Positions 1-9,245 of a DNA stretch of 32,000 nucleotides are shown here, in pieces. The position numbers and the translations under genes are program-made. The notes beneath the pieces were generated by a model. The model was not told the DNA's origin and did not search any database. It saw only the letters and a program-made list of their open reading frames with translations. The stretch comes from Candidatus Portiera aleyrodidarum (lineage in GTDB: Bacteria; Pseudomonadota; Gammaproteobacteria; Johnevansiales; Johnevansiaceae). Location: assembly GCF_000953295.1 (NCBI RefSeq), contig NZ_LN649255.1, positions 150,001 through 182,000 on the forward strand, written 5' to 3'. Position 1 is the stretch's first letter. The number at the start of each line of letters is the position of its first letter.

Positions 1-527
1 TAGCCAAAATGCTTAATTTAGATTATCCAGGAGGGAAAAAATTATCTAATTTAGCTAAAGTAGGAAATAATAAAAAATTAATATTTCCTAAATCTTTTTT
101 ATATGAAACTAATTTAAAGTTTAGTTTTTCTGGAATTAAAACATATATTTTTAATATATTAAAAAATAAAAAAAACAATTCTCAATATAAAGCTAATTTA
201 GCAAAATCTTTTGAAGAATATATTATTAATATACTAAGTATAAAATCTTTTCATGCTTTAAAAAAATATGGTAGAGTTAATCTTTTAGTTTCTGGAGGAG
301 TAAGTGCAAATAAGAATTTACGTAATAAGTTAAAAAAACAATTAAAAAAATATATAAATAAATTAAAAATTTATTTTCCAAATAAAAAACTTTGTACAGA
401 TAATGCGGCAATGATTGCTTATCTAGGTGCTCTTCGTATAAATTCAGGAGAAAAAGTATATAAGAATATTAAGATATTTCCTAAATGGCCTTTAGAAAAA
501 CTAAAATATCCTTTATATAATAATTAG
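1..527 (+). CDS. tsaD: tRNA N6-adenosine threonylcarbamoyltransferase TsaD, C-terminal part (5' end lies outside the window)
   Basis: The frame is open from base 3. The translation carries TsaD/Kae1 C-terminal motifs: LDYPGG, FSFSGIK, GGVSAN, CTDNAAMIA, PKWPLE. TAG stop at 525-527. Confidence 0.9.
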   Translation, partial: AKMLNLDYPGGKKLSNLAKVGNNKKLIFPKSFLYETNLKFSFSGIKTYIFNILKNKKNNSQYKANLAKSFEEYIINILSIKSFHALKKYGRVNLLVSGGVSANKNLRNKLKKQLKKYINKLKIYFPNKKLCTDNAAMIAYLGALRINSGEKVYKNIKIFPKWPLEKLKYPLYNN

Positions 528-1310
528 TTAATTTAATTCTATTATTTTATTAGTTAATTTTACAAATTCATTTATACTTAATGTTTCTGCTCTTCTTTCT
601 GGATTAATTTTTAATAACTTCAGATTAAAAGAATCTATTAATCCTTTTAAATTATTTTTTAAGGTTTTTCTTTTTTTTGAAAAAGATTTTTTTACTATAA
701 AAAAAAATCTTTTTTTATTAGTTACAATAAAAGGCAATTTTTTATATGGGATTAATTTAATCAGAGTCGAATCTACTTTAGGTTTTGGAATAAAGTTTTC
801 AGAACTTAAATCAAATATTTTAAAAACCTTAAAATAATATTGTATAATTACAGTAAGACCTCCCCAATATTTTTGTCCTTTTTTTGCTAAAATTCTCATT
901 GCTACTTCTTTTTGAAACATTAAATACATATCTTTTATATTTTTTTTATAAATTATTAATTTAAATAAAATTTTTATAGATATATTATATGGTAAATTGC
1001 CTAAAACTCTAATATTATTAATATTTAATTTATTTAAATTTAAATTAATAATATTTTTTTTATAAAGATAATAATTAGGATAAAAATAAAATTTATTTAA
1101 TAACATAATTATTAAATCATTATCAATTTCTATTGAATATAATTTATTTGTAATATCTAAAATTTTTTGTGTTATTAAACCTATACCTGAACCAATTTCT
1201 AAAATATTATCATATTTATTAATCTTAATTATCTTTATCATATTTATTATTATTTTTTTATTAATAATAAAATTTTGACCGAACTGTTTTTTTATTTTTA
1301 AATTCAACAT
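528..1310 (-). CDS. rsmA: 16S rRNA (adenine1518/1519-N6)-dimethyltransferase RsmA/KsgA
   Basis: 260-aa ORF with FGQNFI, the EIGSGIG SAM-binding loop and NLPYNIS. Its stop codon abuts the tsaD stop. Confidence 0.9.
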   Translation of the reverse strand: MLNLKIKKQFGQNFIINKKIIINMIKIIKINKYDNILEIGSGIGLITQKILDITNKLYSIEIDNDLIIMLLNKFYFYPNYYLYKKNIINLNLNKLNINNIRVLGNLPYNISIKILFKLIIYKKNIKDMYLMFQKEVAMRILAKKGQKYWGGLTVIIQYYFKVFKIFDLSSENFIPKPKVDSTLIKLIPYKKLPFIVTNKKRFFFIVKKSFSKKRKTLKNNLKGLIDSFNLKLLKINPERRAETLSINEFVKLTNKIIELN

Positions 1311-1311
1311 C

Positions 1312-2676
1312 TTATTTTAAATTTTCAAATTTAGTATATTTACCTATAAATCCTATATTTATGACACCAATTGGCCCATTTCTTTGTTTCCCTATTATTA
1401 TTTCTGCTATTCCTTTATTATCTATCTTATCTGTATTATATAATTCATCTCTATAAATAAATAAAATTAAATCTGCATCTTGTTCTATTGCACCAGATTC
1501 TCTTAAATCTGAAATTATTGGCCGTTTATTTATACGTTGTTCTAAAGATCTATTTAATTGTGATACCGCTAATACTGGACAATTAAATTCTTTAGCTATA
1601 CTTTTTAAAGATCTAGATATTTCTGATATTTCAGCAGTTCTGTTATAAGATAATCCAGAAATATGCATCAGTTGTAAATAATCTATCATTATTAAACTTA
1701 TTTTTCCTGTTTCTCTTATAAATCTTCTTATTTTATTTCTGATTTCTATAGGTGAAAGCATAGGAGTGTCATCTACATATAATTTACAATTTTTAATTAA
1801 TTTTAATGATTCCGTTAATTTTAACCAATCATCTTCTCCTATTTTACCTTTTCTTATATTATTTTGATCTATACGACCCAATGAAGACAACATTCTTAAT
1901 ATTATTTGTTCAGCAGGCATTTCCATAGAAAATATTATTACAGGATCTTCTTTATTATTGAGGATTATATATTCTACAATATTCATTGCAAAACTAGTTT
2001 TGCCCATTGAGGGCCGTCCCGCTATTATTATTAAATCTGATTTTTGAAAACCAGATGTTAGTTCATCTAAATCTGTAAAACCAGTAAATAAACCTGTCAG
2101 GTAACTCTTTTTATTATACATTTTATTTATACGATCAAGAGTTCTATTTAATAAATCATTAATATTTAATATATTATTACCTCTAAATCTTGATTCTGAT
2201 ATTTTAAATATTAATTTTTCTGCTTGATTTATAATTTCTTGTATACTTTTCCCATCTCTATTAAAAACATCTTCTGATATTTTATTTGCTATCGTTATTA
2301 ACTTACGTAATATTGCACGCTCTCTTACTATATCTGCATATGCTACTATATTATTTATAGAAGGAATATTTCTAGATAATTCTGCTAAATAACTAATACC
2401 ACCAATTTTTTCTAAATTATTTTTTTTTTTTAAATATTCTGCAACTGTTACTATATCTATCGTATTATTTTTTGAAGCTATATCTTTAATAGCTTCAAAA
2501 ATATATTTATGTTCTATACTATAAAAATCTTCATTTATAATAATTTCTGATATTTTATTCCATGCTTCATTATCAAGCAGCAAGCCACCTAATATTGATT
2601 GTTCTGCTTCTAATGAATGAGGAGGAATTTTTAATTTAATTAAATCTTTATCAGAAATTATTTTTTTCATTAACAT
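1312..2676 (-). CDS. dnaB: Replicative DNA helicase DnaB
   Basis: 454-aa ORF with PHSLEAEQSILGG, Walker A GRPSMGKTSF, IDYLQLM, SQLNRSLEQR and RESGAIEQDAD. The start overlaps the rplI stop in ATGTTAATG. The ATG at 2670 is an alternative start. Confidence 0.95.
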   Translation of the reverse strand: MLMKKIISDKDLIKLKIPPHSLEAEQSILGGLLLDNEAWNKISEIIINEDFYSIEHKYIFEAIKDIASKNNTIDIVTVAEYLKKKNNLEKIGGISYLAELSRNIPSINNIVAYADIVRERAILRKLITIANKISEDVFNRDGKSIQEIINQAEKLIFKISESRFRGNNILNINDLLNRTLDRINKMYNKKSYLTGLFTGFTDLDELTSGFQKSDLIIIAGRPSMGKTSFAMNIVEYIILNNKEDPVIIFSMEMPAEQIILRMLSSLGRIDQNNIRKGKIGEDDWLKLTESLKLIKNCKLYVDDTPMLSPIEIRNKIRRFIRETGKISLIMIDYLQLMHISGLSYNRTAEISEISRSLKSIAKEFNCPVLAVSQLNRSLEQRINKRPIISDLRESGAIEQDADLILFIYRDELYNTDKIDNKGIAEIIIGKQRNGPIGVINIGFIGKYTKFENLK

Positions 2677-3104
2677 TTTACATTTATTATTATATTTATT
2701 TTTTCATATAATTTTATTGTATATTTTCCAATTTTTTTTATTATATTCTTATTTAGATTTATTTCGTTTTTATTTATTTTTATACCATATTTTTCATAAA
2801 AAAAATTAGATAAATAGCGTCTTCCTATTGAACCAAATAATTTTCCAGTTGGTCCCGATTTTAAAAATAAATTTATATTTAATTTTTTTAATTTTTCTAA
2901 AATTTTTTTATTTTTTTTTATACGCAACTTATATAAATTTATAAATGAATTACGTTTTTTATTAAAAAAATCTATATTTAATTTATTTGCAATTATTGCT
3001 AACTTTTTTTTTAGTAAATAATTTCTAGCATATCCTTTTTTTACATTTACTAAATCACCTAACTTTCCAAGTTTAAGATTTTTTTCAAGTAATATAACTT
3101 TCAT
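2670..3104 (-). CDS. rplI: 50S ribosomal protein L9
   Basis: The N-terminus MKVILLEKNLKLGKLGDLVNVKKGYARNYL matches the L9 consensus (MQVILL..LG.LGD.V.VK.GYARNFL). An AAGGAA RBS lies upstream. Confidence 0.9.
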   Translation of the reverse strand: MKVILLEKNLKLGKLGDLVNVKKGYARNYLLKKKLAIIANKLNIDFFNKKRNSFINLYKLRIKKNKKILEKLKKLNINLFLKSGPTGKLFGSIGRRYLSNFFYEKYGIKINKNEINLNKNIIKKIGKYTIKLYEKINIIINVKC

Positions 3105-3121
3105 ATACTTAATTTCCTTTT

Positions 3122-3343
3122 TTATATTTTTTTATCAATATAAGGTAATAAACCTAAATATCTTGCTTTTTTTATTGCTTTTGTTAATTTTCTTTGATAT
3201 CTTGCTTTTGTACCTGTTATTCTACTTGGAATTATTTTTCCATTTTCAGAAATATATATTTTTAATAGATCTACATTTTTATAATCTATTTCTTTTATTT
3301 TTTCAGCAGTAAATCTACAATATTTTTTTTTTCGAAATAACAT
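3122..3343 (-). CDS. rpsR: 30S ribosomal protein S18
   Basis: 73-aa ORF with [45 protein letters not shown], the classic S18 core. Confidence 0.95.
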   Translation of the reverse strand: MLFRKKKYCRFTAEKIKEIDYKNVDLLKIYISENGKIIPSRITGTKARYQRKLTKAIKKARYLGLLPYIDKKI

Positions 3344-3355
3344 TAATTTTTCCTA

Positions 3356-3643
3356 TTAATTTTTTTTTAACAAAACAATTATATGTCTAATTATAAATTC
3401 ATTATATTTTATTATTTTTTCTAATTTTTTTATAACATTTTTATTACATTCTATATTTAATATTATTAAATTAGCTTTTTTTTGATTTTTAATAAAATAA
3501 TATAAATTAATATTTCCTAAATCTTCACAATTTTTTATTAATCCTTTATATTCAATAATTAAATTTATTATTTTTTTTATAATCTCAGATTTTATTATAT
3601 TTTTATTTATATAAAATAAAATAACTAATTCATAATTAATCAT
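3356..3643 (-). CDS. rpsF: 30S ribosomal protein S6
   Basis: 95-aa ORF starting M.NYELV and containing EDLG, which parallels E. coli S6 (MRHYEIV...EDWGRR). It sits upstream of rpsR-rplI. An AAGGAAG RBS at 3652-3658 lies 8 nt before the ATG. Confidence 0.85.
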   Translation of the reverse strand: MINYELVILFYINKNIIKSEIIKKIINLIIEYKGLIKNCEDLGNINLYYFIKNQKKANLIILNIECNKNVIKKLEKIIKYNEFIIRHIIVLLKKN

Positions 3644-3645
3644 TT

Positions 3646-4467
3646 TTATAACTTCCTTATAATAATTTTATTGACGGATCGGACGGGACTTGAACCCGTG
3701 TTTTCGGTTCGACAAACCGATATTCTATCCTTCTGAACTACCGATCCTTTTTTGGGTAGTGCAAGATTCGAACTTGCGACCCTCAGTTTGTAAAACTGAT
3801 GCTCTTCCTTCTGAGCTAACCACCCTTGATTTAATAAATTATATAATGCTAAACGAATAATATAATTTGATTCTGGGAGACGTTCTATATCTAAGATTTT
3901 TATATATTTATTTATTTTTTTTATTCTATTTAAATATAAAACTCCTCTTCCTGTACAAACAAATTTTTTTAAAATAATGTTTTTTATATTATTTTTTTTA
4001 TTTATATTTATTTTTTTTTCTTTAATTAAAGATATAGGTATATAATAAAAAAAGTTTTTTTTTAATTCAAAAAAACCTATATTATATATATTTTTTTTTA
4101 TTTTAATAACACTAATTACATACTTATAATTATAATCAAACCATACACCTAAAGCCAGAGCTTTTAATTTTGAAATTTCTAATATTGGGATATTTAATAT
4201 ATATGATATTCCTTTACTTATACATTTTATTATTCTAATACATTTTATATCTCCTATTAATTTCCCATAAATAATATAATTAATTTCTGATAAATTAATT
4301 TTTTTTTTATTTAAAAAATTTTTTAAAAAAATAAAAAATAAAATCTTATTTTTATATATATTTTTTTTATAAAATCCAATTATATTTATAAATTTCTTTT
4401 TTTGAAATTTAAATAAAGATATAGAATAAACATTATAAGTATAATCAATAGATAAAAATATTTTCAT
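3646..4467 (-). CDS. tsaB: tRNA threonylcarbamoyladenosine biosynthesis protein TsaB (YeaZ-like). The ORF lacks its own stop and reads through tRNA-Val and tRNA-Asp.
   Basis: Codons 1-214 (4467-3826) are collinear with TsaB. MKIFLSIDYT matches ILAIDTAT, LSEINYIIYGK..IR matches LTDI.ALAYGRGPGSFTGVR, and the tail is LPESNYIIRLALYNLLNQG. The first in-frame stop is TAA at 3646-3648. The remaining 59 codons are encoded by the two tRNA genes and the rpsF leader. Confidence 0.7.
   Translation of the reverse strand: MKIFLSIDYTYNVYSISLFKFQKKKFINIIGFYKKNIYKNKILFFIFLKNFLNKKKINLSEINYIIYGKLIGDIKCIRIIKCISKGISYILNIPILEISKLKALALGVWFDYNYKYVISVIKIKKNIYNIGFFELKKNFFYYIPISLIKEKKININKKNNIKNIILKKFVCTGRGVLYLNRIKKINKYIKILDIERLPESNYIIRLALYNLLNQGWLAQKEEHQFYKLRVASSNLALPKKGSVVQKDRISVCRTENTGSSPVRSVNKIIIRKL
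3652..3658 (-). promoter_or_regulatory. Shine-Dalgarno site of rpsF (AAGGAAG)
   Basis: AAGGAAG on the minus strand, 8 nt upstream of the rpsF ATG (3643). It lies inside the last codons of the tsaB read-through ORF. Confidence 0.5.
3675..3747 (-). tRNA. tRNA-Asp (anticodon GUC)
   Basis: I folded the cloverleaf by hand. Acceptor GGATCGG/CCGATCC, anticodon stem TCGGT/ACCGA with loop TT-GTC-GA, T-arm ACGGG-TTCAAGT-CCCGT. No encoded CCA. Confidence 0.9.
3753..3825 (-). tRNA. tRNA-Val (anticodon UAC)
   Basis: Acceptor GGGTGGT/ACTACCC, anticodon stem TCAGT/ACTGA with loop TT-TAC-AA, T-loop TTCGAAT. Separated from tRNA-Asp by 5 nt. No encoded CCA. Confidence 0.9.
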
Positions 4468-4483
4468 ATTAATGATATGATTT

Positions 4484-5635
4484 TCAATAAATAATTACAT
4501 TACGAATATCAATTAATAATTTTATTATAAAATTAATAAATTTTGCCGCATATACACCATTTATAAATCTATGATCATAAGATATAAAAATAGGTAATAT
4601 TATTTTTGGTTTAAATTTTTTCCCATTCCAGATTGGTTTTATTTTACTTTTTCCAATACCCAATATTCCTAATTCTGAATTATTTATTATTGGAGTAAAA
4701 CCTTTTCCACCAATTGATCCTAAATTTGAGATTGTAAAACAACTTCCATTCAGATCTTCAAGTTTATTTTTTCCTAATAAAGTTCTTTTTGTTAAATTCT
4801 TTAATTCTATTGCAATATCAATTATATTTTTTTCATCTACATTTCTTATTACAGGAACTAATAAACCTTTTGATGTATTAATTGCAATACTAATATTTAT
4901 ATATTTTTTTAATAAAATTTTATTTTTTTTTATATCATATGACATATTAAATTTTTTAAATTTTTTCAAAGCACAAGAACATATTTTAATTAAAAATGAT
5001 AATAATGTTATTTTTATCCCTCTTTCATATTTTATTTTTTTTCTAAATTCTTCTAATTTTGTAATATCTACCTCATCAAAATGTGTTACATGTGGTATAG
5101 TTATCCAACTCTCATGCAATTTTTTAGCATTTATACTTAATATTTTATTTATATTTTTTTCTTCTATAGAACCAAAATTATTACTTATACTTTTTTTATC
5201 TTTTTTGTTATTTTTTATAAAATCTTGTAGATCTTCTTTTAAAATACGATTTTTTTTTCCAGTCCCGATTATTTGATTTTTTTCTAAATCAATGCCTAAT
5301 TTTCTAGCCATTAATCTAACAGAAGGACCAGCATGAACTGTTATATTTTTATTATTTTCTTTTTTTAAATCAATTTTATTAATTTTTTTATTAACATTAA
5401 CAATATCTTCTTCTATTTCTATTATTGAATTACCTGAATAAATCTTATCACCTTCTTTAATTAAAATTTTTTTTATTTTTCCTGATTTAGGTGTTGGTAA
5501 ATCAATAGTAGCTTTTTCTGATTCTAATACAACAATAATATCATCTTTTTTTACATAATCATCTATTTTTACTAATATTTCTATTACTTCAACTTTTTTA
5601 TTTATATCACCAATTTCAGGTAGTTCAATTATCAA
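4484..5635 (-). CDS. aceF: Pyruvate dehydrogenase E2 (dihydrolipoyllysine-residue acetyltransferase) with a single lipoyl domain
   Basis: Contains a lipoyl domain with VLESEKAT, the E3/E1-binding motif GPSVRLMARKLGIDL, and a catalytic domain ending in SYDHRFINGVYAAKF. TTG start, with AAGGAA 10 nt upstream. Lies directly downstream of aceE. Confidence 0.9.
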   Translation of the reverse strand: MIIELPEIGDINKKVEVIEILVKIDDYVKKDDIIVVLESEKATIDLPTPKSGKIKKILIKEGDKIYSGNSIIEIEEDIVNVNKKINKIDLKKENNKNITVHAGPSVRLMARKLGIDLEKNQIIGTGKKNRILKEDLQDFIKNNKKDKKSISNNFGSIEEKNINKILSINAKKLHESWITIPHVTHFDEVDITKLEEFRKKIKYERGIKITLLSFLIKICSCALKKFKKFNMSYDIKKNKILLKKYINISIAINTSKGLLVPVIRNVDEKNIIDIAIELKNLTKRTLLGKNKLEDLNGSCFTISNLGSIGGKGFTPIINNSELGILGIGKSKIKPIWNGKKFKPKIILPIFISYDHRFINGVYAAKFINFIIKLLIDIRNVIIY

Positions 5636-5651
5636 TTTTTTTCTTTTCCTT

Positions 5652-8324
5652 TTATACCACTACTGGATTGATTTTATTTGTATTTATATTATATTTTTTT
5701 AAAGCTTTTTTTACAATTGATATATCTAGAAGCCCTTTATTATTAAGTGCTTTTAACGCTATTATAGTTATAAAATATCTATCTACTTCAAAAAAATATC
5801 TTAAAGTTTTACGAGTATCTGATCTACCATAACCATCAGTCCCTAAAACATAATAATCATTTGGAACCCAAGCACGTACTTGGTCTGCATATAATTTTAT
5901 ATAATCTGTACTTGCTATTATTGGACATTTATCTTTTTCTAAACATTTTGTTATCCAAGGTTTTAAAACTTTTTTTTCACACAGTAAAAATTTTTTTCTA
6001 TCTAATTCCACCGCTTCCCTCCTTAACTCATTAAAACTTGTTACACTCCAAACTTTAGAAGAAATATTAAAAGTATCTTTTAAAATTTCAGAAGCATATT
6101 CAACTTCTCGTAAAATACTACCAGATCCTAATAAGTGCACTTTTAACTTTTTATTAGTTTTAATTTTTATTTCACGTAACAAATACATTCCACGTATTAT
6201 ACCTTCTTCACTATTTTCAGGCATTTGAGGATGTAAATAATTCTCATTCATTAAACTTATATAATAATAACAATTTTCTTTATTTACATACATTTTTTTT
6301 AAACCAGTTTGTAAAATTACAGCTAACTCATAAGAATAAGTAGGATCATAAGAACGGCAACTAGGTATAATCGATGCCAATAATTGTCCGTGTCCATCTT
6401 GATGTTGTAAACCTTCTCCATTTAAAGTAGTTCTTCCTGATGTTCCACCTAATAAAAAACCTCTTGATTGCAAATCTCCTGCTGCCCAAGCTAAATCTCC
6501 TATTCTTTGAAAACCAAACATGGAATAATAAATATAAAACGGGATTAAGGTATAACCATGATTTGCATATGAAGTTGCAGCAGCAATCCAGGAGCACATA
6601 GCCCCTAACTCATTTATTCCTTCTTCAAGAATTTGACCTTTTTTATCTTCTTTATAATAAATTAATTTTTCAGCATCCATTGGTATATATTTTTGTCCGA
6701 CTACTGAATAGATTCCTACTCTACTAAACATAGTTTCCATTCCAAATGTTCGAGCTTCATCTGGACATATCGGTACTATTCTTTTACCTAAAGTTTTATC
6801 TTGCATTAAATTGTTTATTATACGTACACAAATTAATGTAGTTGATATTTTTCTATTACCTATATTTTTTATAAAATTCTTAAAAATTTTATTTTCTAAT
6901 GTAGGAATTTTTAATTCAACAAATTTTCCATTCCGTTTTGGTAAATACCCATTAAGTTTTTTCCTACAATTGTGTAAATACTTTATTTCTGGTGAATCTT
7001 CATCAGGCTTGTAATAAGGGATATTATTTTCTTTTATATTTTCATTATTTATAGGTATATCAAATCTATCCCTAAACATTTTTAATGTTTTATAATCTAT
7101 ATATTTTATATTGTGAGCTTCCATACTTGATTCACAATTATAAATACCGTATCCTTTTATTGTATGTGCTAAAATTACTGTTGGTTTTCCAAAAGAATTA
7201 TGAACTGCCTCATAATATGCAGCATATACTTTTTGAGGATCATGTCCCCCTCGATTTAAATTATAAATTTCTTTATTCGATAAATTTTTAACTATTTTTG
7301 CTGTTTCTTCATATTTCCCAAAAAAATGTTCTTTTGTATATTTTCCACCTAATGCTTGATATCGTTGATATTCACCATCAATTGTTTCATTTATACATTT
7401 CTGTAAAAAACCTTTCTTATCTTTTTTTAATAACTTATCCCATAAACCTCCCCAAACTACTTTGATCACATTCCAATTAGCTCCTTTAAATATTCTCTCT
7501 AAATCATCTATTATCCTACCATTTCCACGTACAGGACCATCTAATCTTTGTAAATTACAATTTATTACAAATATTAAATTATCTAATTTTTCTATGCTAG
7601 CAACATTTATTGCACCTAGAGTTTCAACTTCATCACATTCTCCATCTCCTAAAAACGCCCAAACTTTTCTATCTTCCATATTTTCAATTCCCCGAGAATG
7701 CATATACTTCATTAACCTGGCTTGATATATAGCTTGAATTGGACCCAAGCCCATTGAAACTGTTGGAAATTCCCAATAACTTGGCATTAAATATGGATGT
7801 GGATATGAGGATAAACCTTTTCCTTTTATTTCTTTCCTAAAATTATCTAATTGTTTTTCTGTAATCCGACTTTCCAAATAGGACCTGGCATAGATTCCTG
7901 GGGCAATATGTCCTTGAAAATATATTAAATCTCCTTTAAAAAAATTATTTTTTCCTCTAAAAAAATGATTAAATCCAACTTCATATAACGTACAACTTGA
8001 CATATAACTTGAAATATGTCCACCTAAATTATGTTTTTTATTGGCTCTAATTATTAAAGCTATTGTATTCCATCTTACTGCAGATCGTATCTTTCTCTCT
8101 AAATATTTTTTACCAGGAAAAAGTTTTTCACAATTTTCTGGGATTGTATTTTTATAACTACTAAAATTATTAATGAGATTATCTTTAACAAGATAAGAAT
8201 TATTAATATAATTTACCATACTATTTAATAAATATTTTACACGAAATATTCCCTCTCGATCCATTACTGAAATTATAGAGTCAATCCATTCTTTCGTTTC
8301 TAAAGGATCAAGATCTTTTATCAT
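5652..8324 (-). CDS. aceE: Pyruvate dehydrogenase E1 component (homodimeric AceE type)
   Basis: 890-aa ORF, well conserved and noticeably less AT-rich than its neighbours. Contains GGHISSYMS, the ThDP motif GDGECDEVE...NCNLQRLDGPVRGN, and GTDGYGRSD. AGGAG RBS upstream. Confidence 0.95.
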   Translation of the reverse strand: MIKDLDPLETKEWIDSIISVMDREGIFRVKYLLNSMVNYINNSYLVKDNLINNFSSYKNTIPENCEKLFPGKKYLERKIRSAVRWNTIALIIRANKKHNLGGHISSYMSSCTLYEVGFNHFFRGKNNFFKGDLIYFQGHIAPGIYARSYLESRITEKQLDNFRKEIKGKGLSSYPHPYLMPSYWEFPTVSMGLGPIQAIYQARLMKYMHSRGIENMEDRKVWAFLGDGECDEVETLGAINVASIEKLDNLIFVINCNLQRLDGPVRGNGRIIDDLERIFKGANWNVIKVVWGGLWDKLLKKDKKGFLQKCINETIDGEYQRYQALGGKYTKEHFFGKYEETAKIVKNLSNKEIYNLNRGGHDPQKVYAAYYEAVHNSFGKPTVILAHTIKGYGIYNCESSMEAHNIKYIDYKTLKMFRDRFDIPINNENIKENNIPYYKPDEDSPEIKYLHNCRKKLNGYLPKRNGKFVELKIPTLENKIFKNFIKNIGNRKISTTLICVRIINNLMQDKTLGKRIVPICPDEARTFGMETMFSRVGIYSVVGQKYIPMDAEKLIYYKEDKKGQILEEGINELGAMCSWIAAATSYANHGYTLIPFYIYYSMFGFQRIGDLAWAAGDLQSRGFLLGGTSGRTTLNGEGLQHQDGHGQLLASIIPSCRSYDPTYSYELAVILQTGLKKMYVNKENCYYYISLMNENYLHPQMPENSEEGIIRGMYLLREIKIKTNKKLKVHLLGSGSILREVEYASEILKDTFNISSKVWSVTSFNELRREAVELDRKKFLLCEKKVLKPWITKCLEKDKCPIIASTDYIKLYADQVRAWVPNDYYVLGTDGYGRSDTRKTLRYFFEVDRYFITIIALKALNNKGLLDISIVKKALKKYNINTNKINPVVV

Positions 8325-8352
8325 AAAAATATCTCCTAATATTTTTATTAAT

Positions 8353-9231
8353 TTATTTTAATACTTCTAATAATTGCAATGTTTTTAATAAGGTTGAGTG
8401 ATATTTATTTGCTAACCATGTTAAAGGTAATCTTATTCCTTTTTTTACTAAACCCATTTTATTTAAAGCCCATTTTACTGGTATAGGATTTGATTCGATA
8501 CTTAAAGCATAATGCAATGGCATTAATTTTTTATTTATTTTATAAGCTAATTCAATATTACCTTCTATTGAAGCAATACATAATTCATGCATTTTTTTAG
8601 GAACTATATTTGATGAAACAGAAATTACTCCGTGACCACCAGATAATAAAAATTCACAAGCTGTACTATCATCCCCTGAATATAAAGCAAAATCTTTATA
8701 TTTTAATTTTTCAATTAACTCTACAGCTCTTTCTAAATCACCTGAAGATTCTTTTATTCCTATAATATTTTTAATTTCTGATAATTTTAAAATTGTTTCA
8801 TTATAAATATCTACACCCGTTCTTTTTGGCACATTATAAATTATTATTGGAAGGCCTACAGAAGCTATTTCTTTAAAATGGTCTAACATCCCACATTGAG
8901 TAGGTTTATTATAATAAGGAGTTACAGATAAACCAGAATGAGCACCAGCTTTTTTTGCAGATTTTGTTAAATTAACTGCTTCACTGGTTGAATTAGCACC
9001 TATTCCCGCAATTACTGGAATCTTATTATTTACCTCATTAACTATAGTACGTATTACTTTAAAATGTTCTTCTAAATTTAGTGTGGTTGTTTCACCTGTT
9101 GTTCCTGCTGCTACTATTGCATCTGTATTATTTTCTAAATGAAACTTTACTAAAGTTCTCAAAGATTCCCAATCTATTACACCATTTCTTTTCATGGGTG
9201 TAGCAATTGCAACTATGCTTCCCCTTATCAT
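8353..9231 (-). CDS. dapA: 4-hydroxy-tetrahydrodipicolinate synthase
   Basis: Collinear with E. coli DapA. Contains GSIVAI.TPM, GTTGE, TPYYNKP, YNVP.RTG, the catalytic-Lys motif IGIKES, and NPIPVKWA. Confidence 0.95.
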   Translation of the reverse strand: MIRGSIVAIATPMKRNGVIDWESLRTLVKFHLENNTDAIVAAGTTGETTTLNLEEHFKVIRTIVNEVNNKIPVIAGIGANSTSEAVNLTKSAKKAGAHSGLSVTPYYNKPTQCGMLDHFKEIASVGLPIIIYNVPKRTGVDIYNETILKLSEIKNIIGIKESSGDLERAVELIEKLKYKDFALYSGDDSTACEFLLSGGHGVISVSSNIVPKKMHELCIASIEGNIELAYKINKKLMPLHYALSIESNPIPVKWALNKMGLVKKGIRLPLTWLANKYHSTLLKTLQLLEVLK

Positions 9232-9245
9232 ATTTAACCTCTTAT

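Noticed and set aside
3344-3355. priB is absent between rpsF and rpsR, where the enterobacterial operon rpsF-priB-rpsR-rplI has it.
   Set aside because: The rpsF-rpsR-rplI-dnaB arrangement seen here is the native order in Pseudomonas-like lineages as I recall it, so the absence need not be a deletion. It is not informative without knowing the ancestor.
3753-3825. The read-through tail EEHQFYKLRV resembles the genuine TsaB C-terminal motif (EHAEPVYLRN in E. coli).
   Set aside because: These bases are a canonical tRNA-Val sequence constrained by tRNA structure. The resemblance is most likely coincidence and is not evidence that the tail is a functional TsaB C-terminus.
6361-7725. Four ORFs from the six-frame track lie inside aceE: 6361-6597 (-, alternate frame), 6811-7014 (+), 7085-7291 (+) and 7462-7725 (+).
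   Set aside because: All are embedded in the strongly conserved 890-aa aceE frame. Their translations are low-complexity with no recognisable motifs. Long shadow ORFs are expected in the less AT-rich, conserved parts of real genes.
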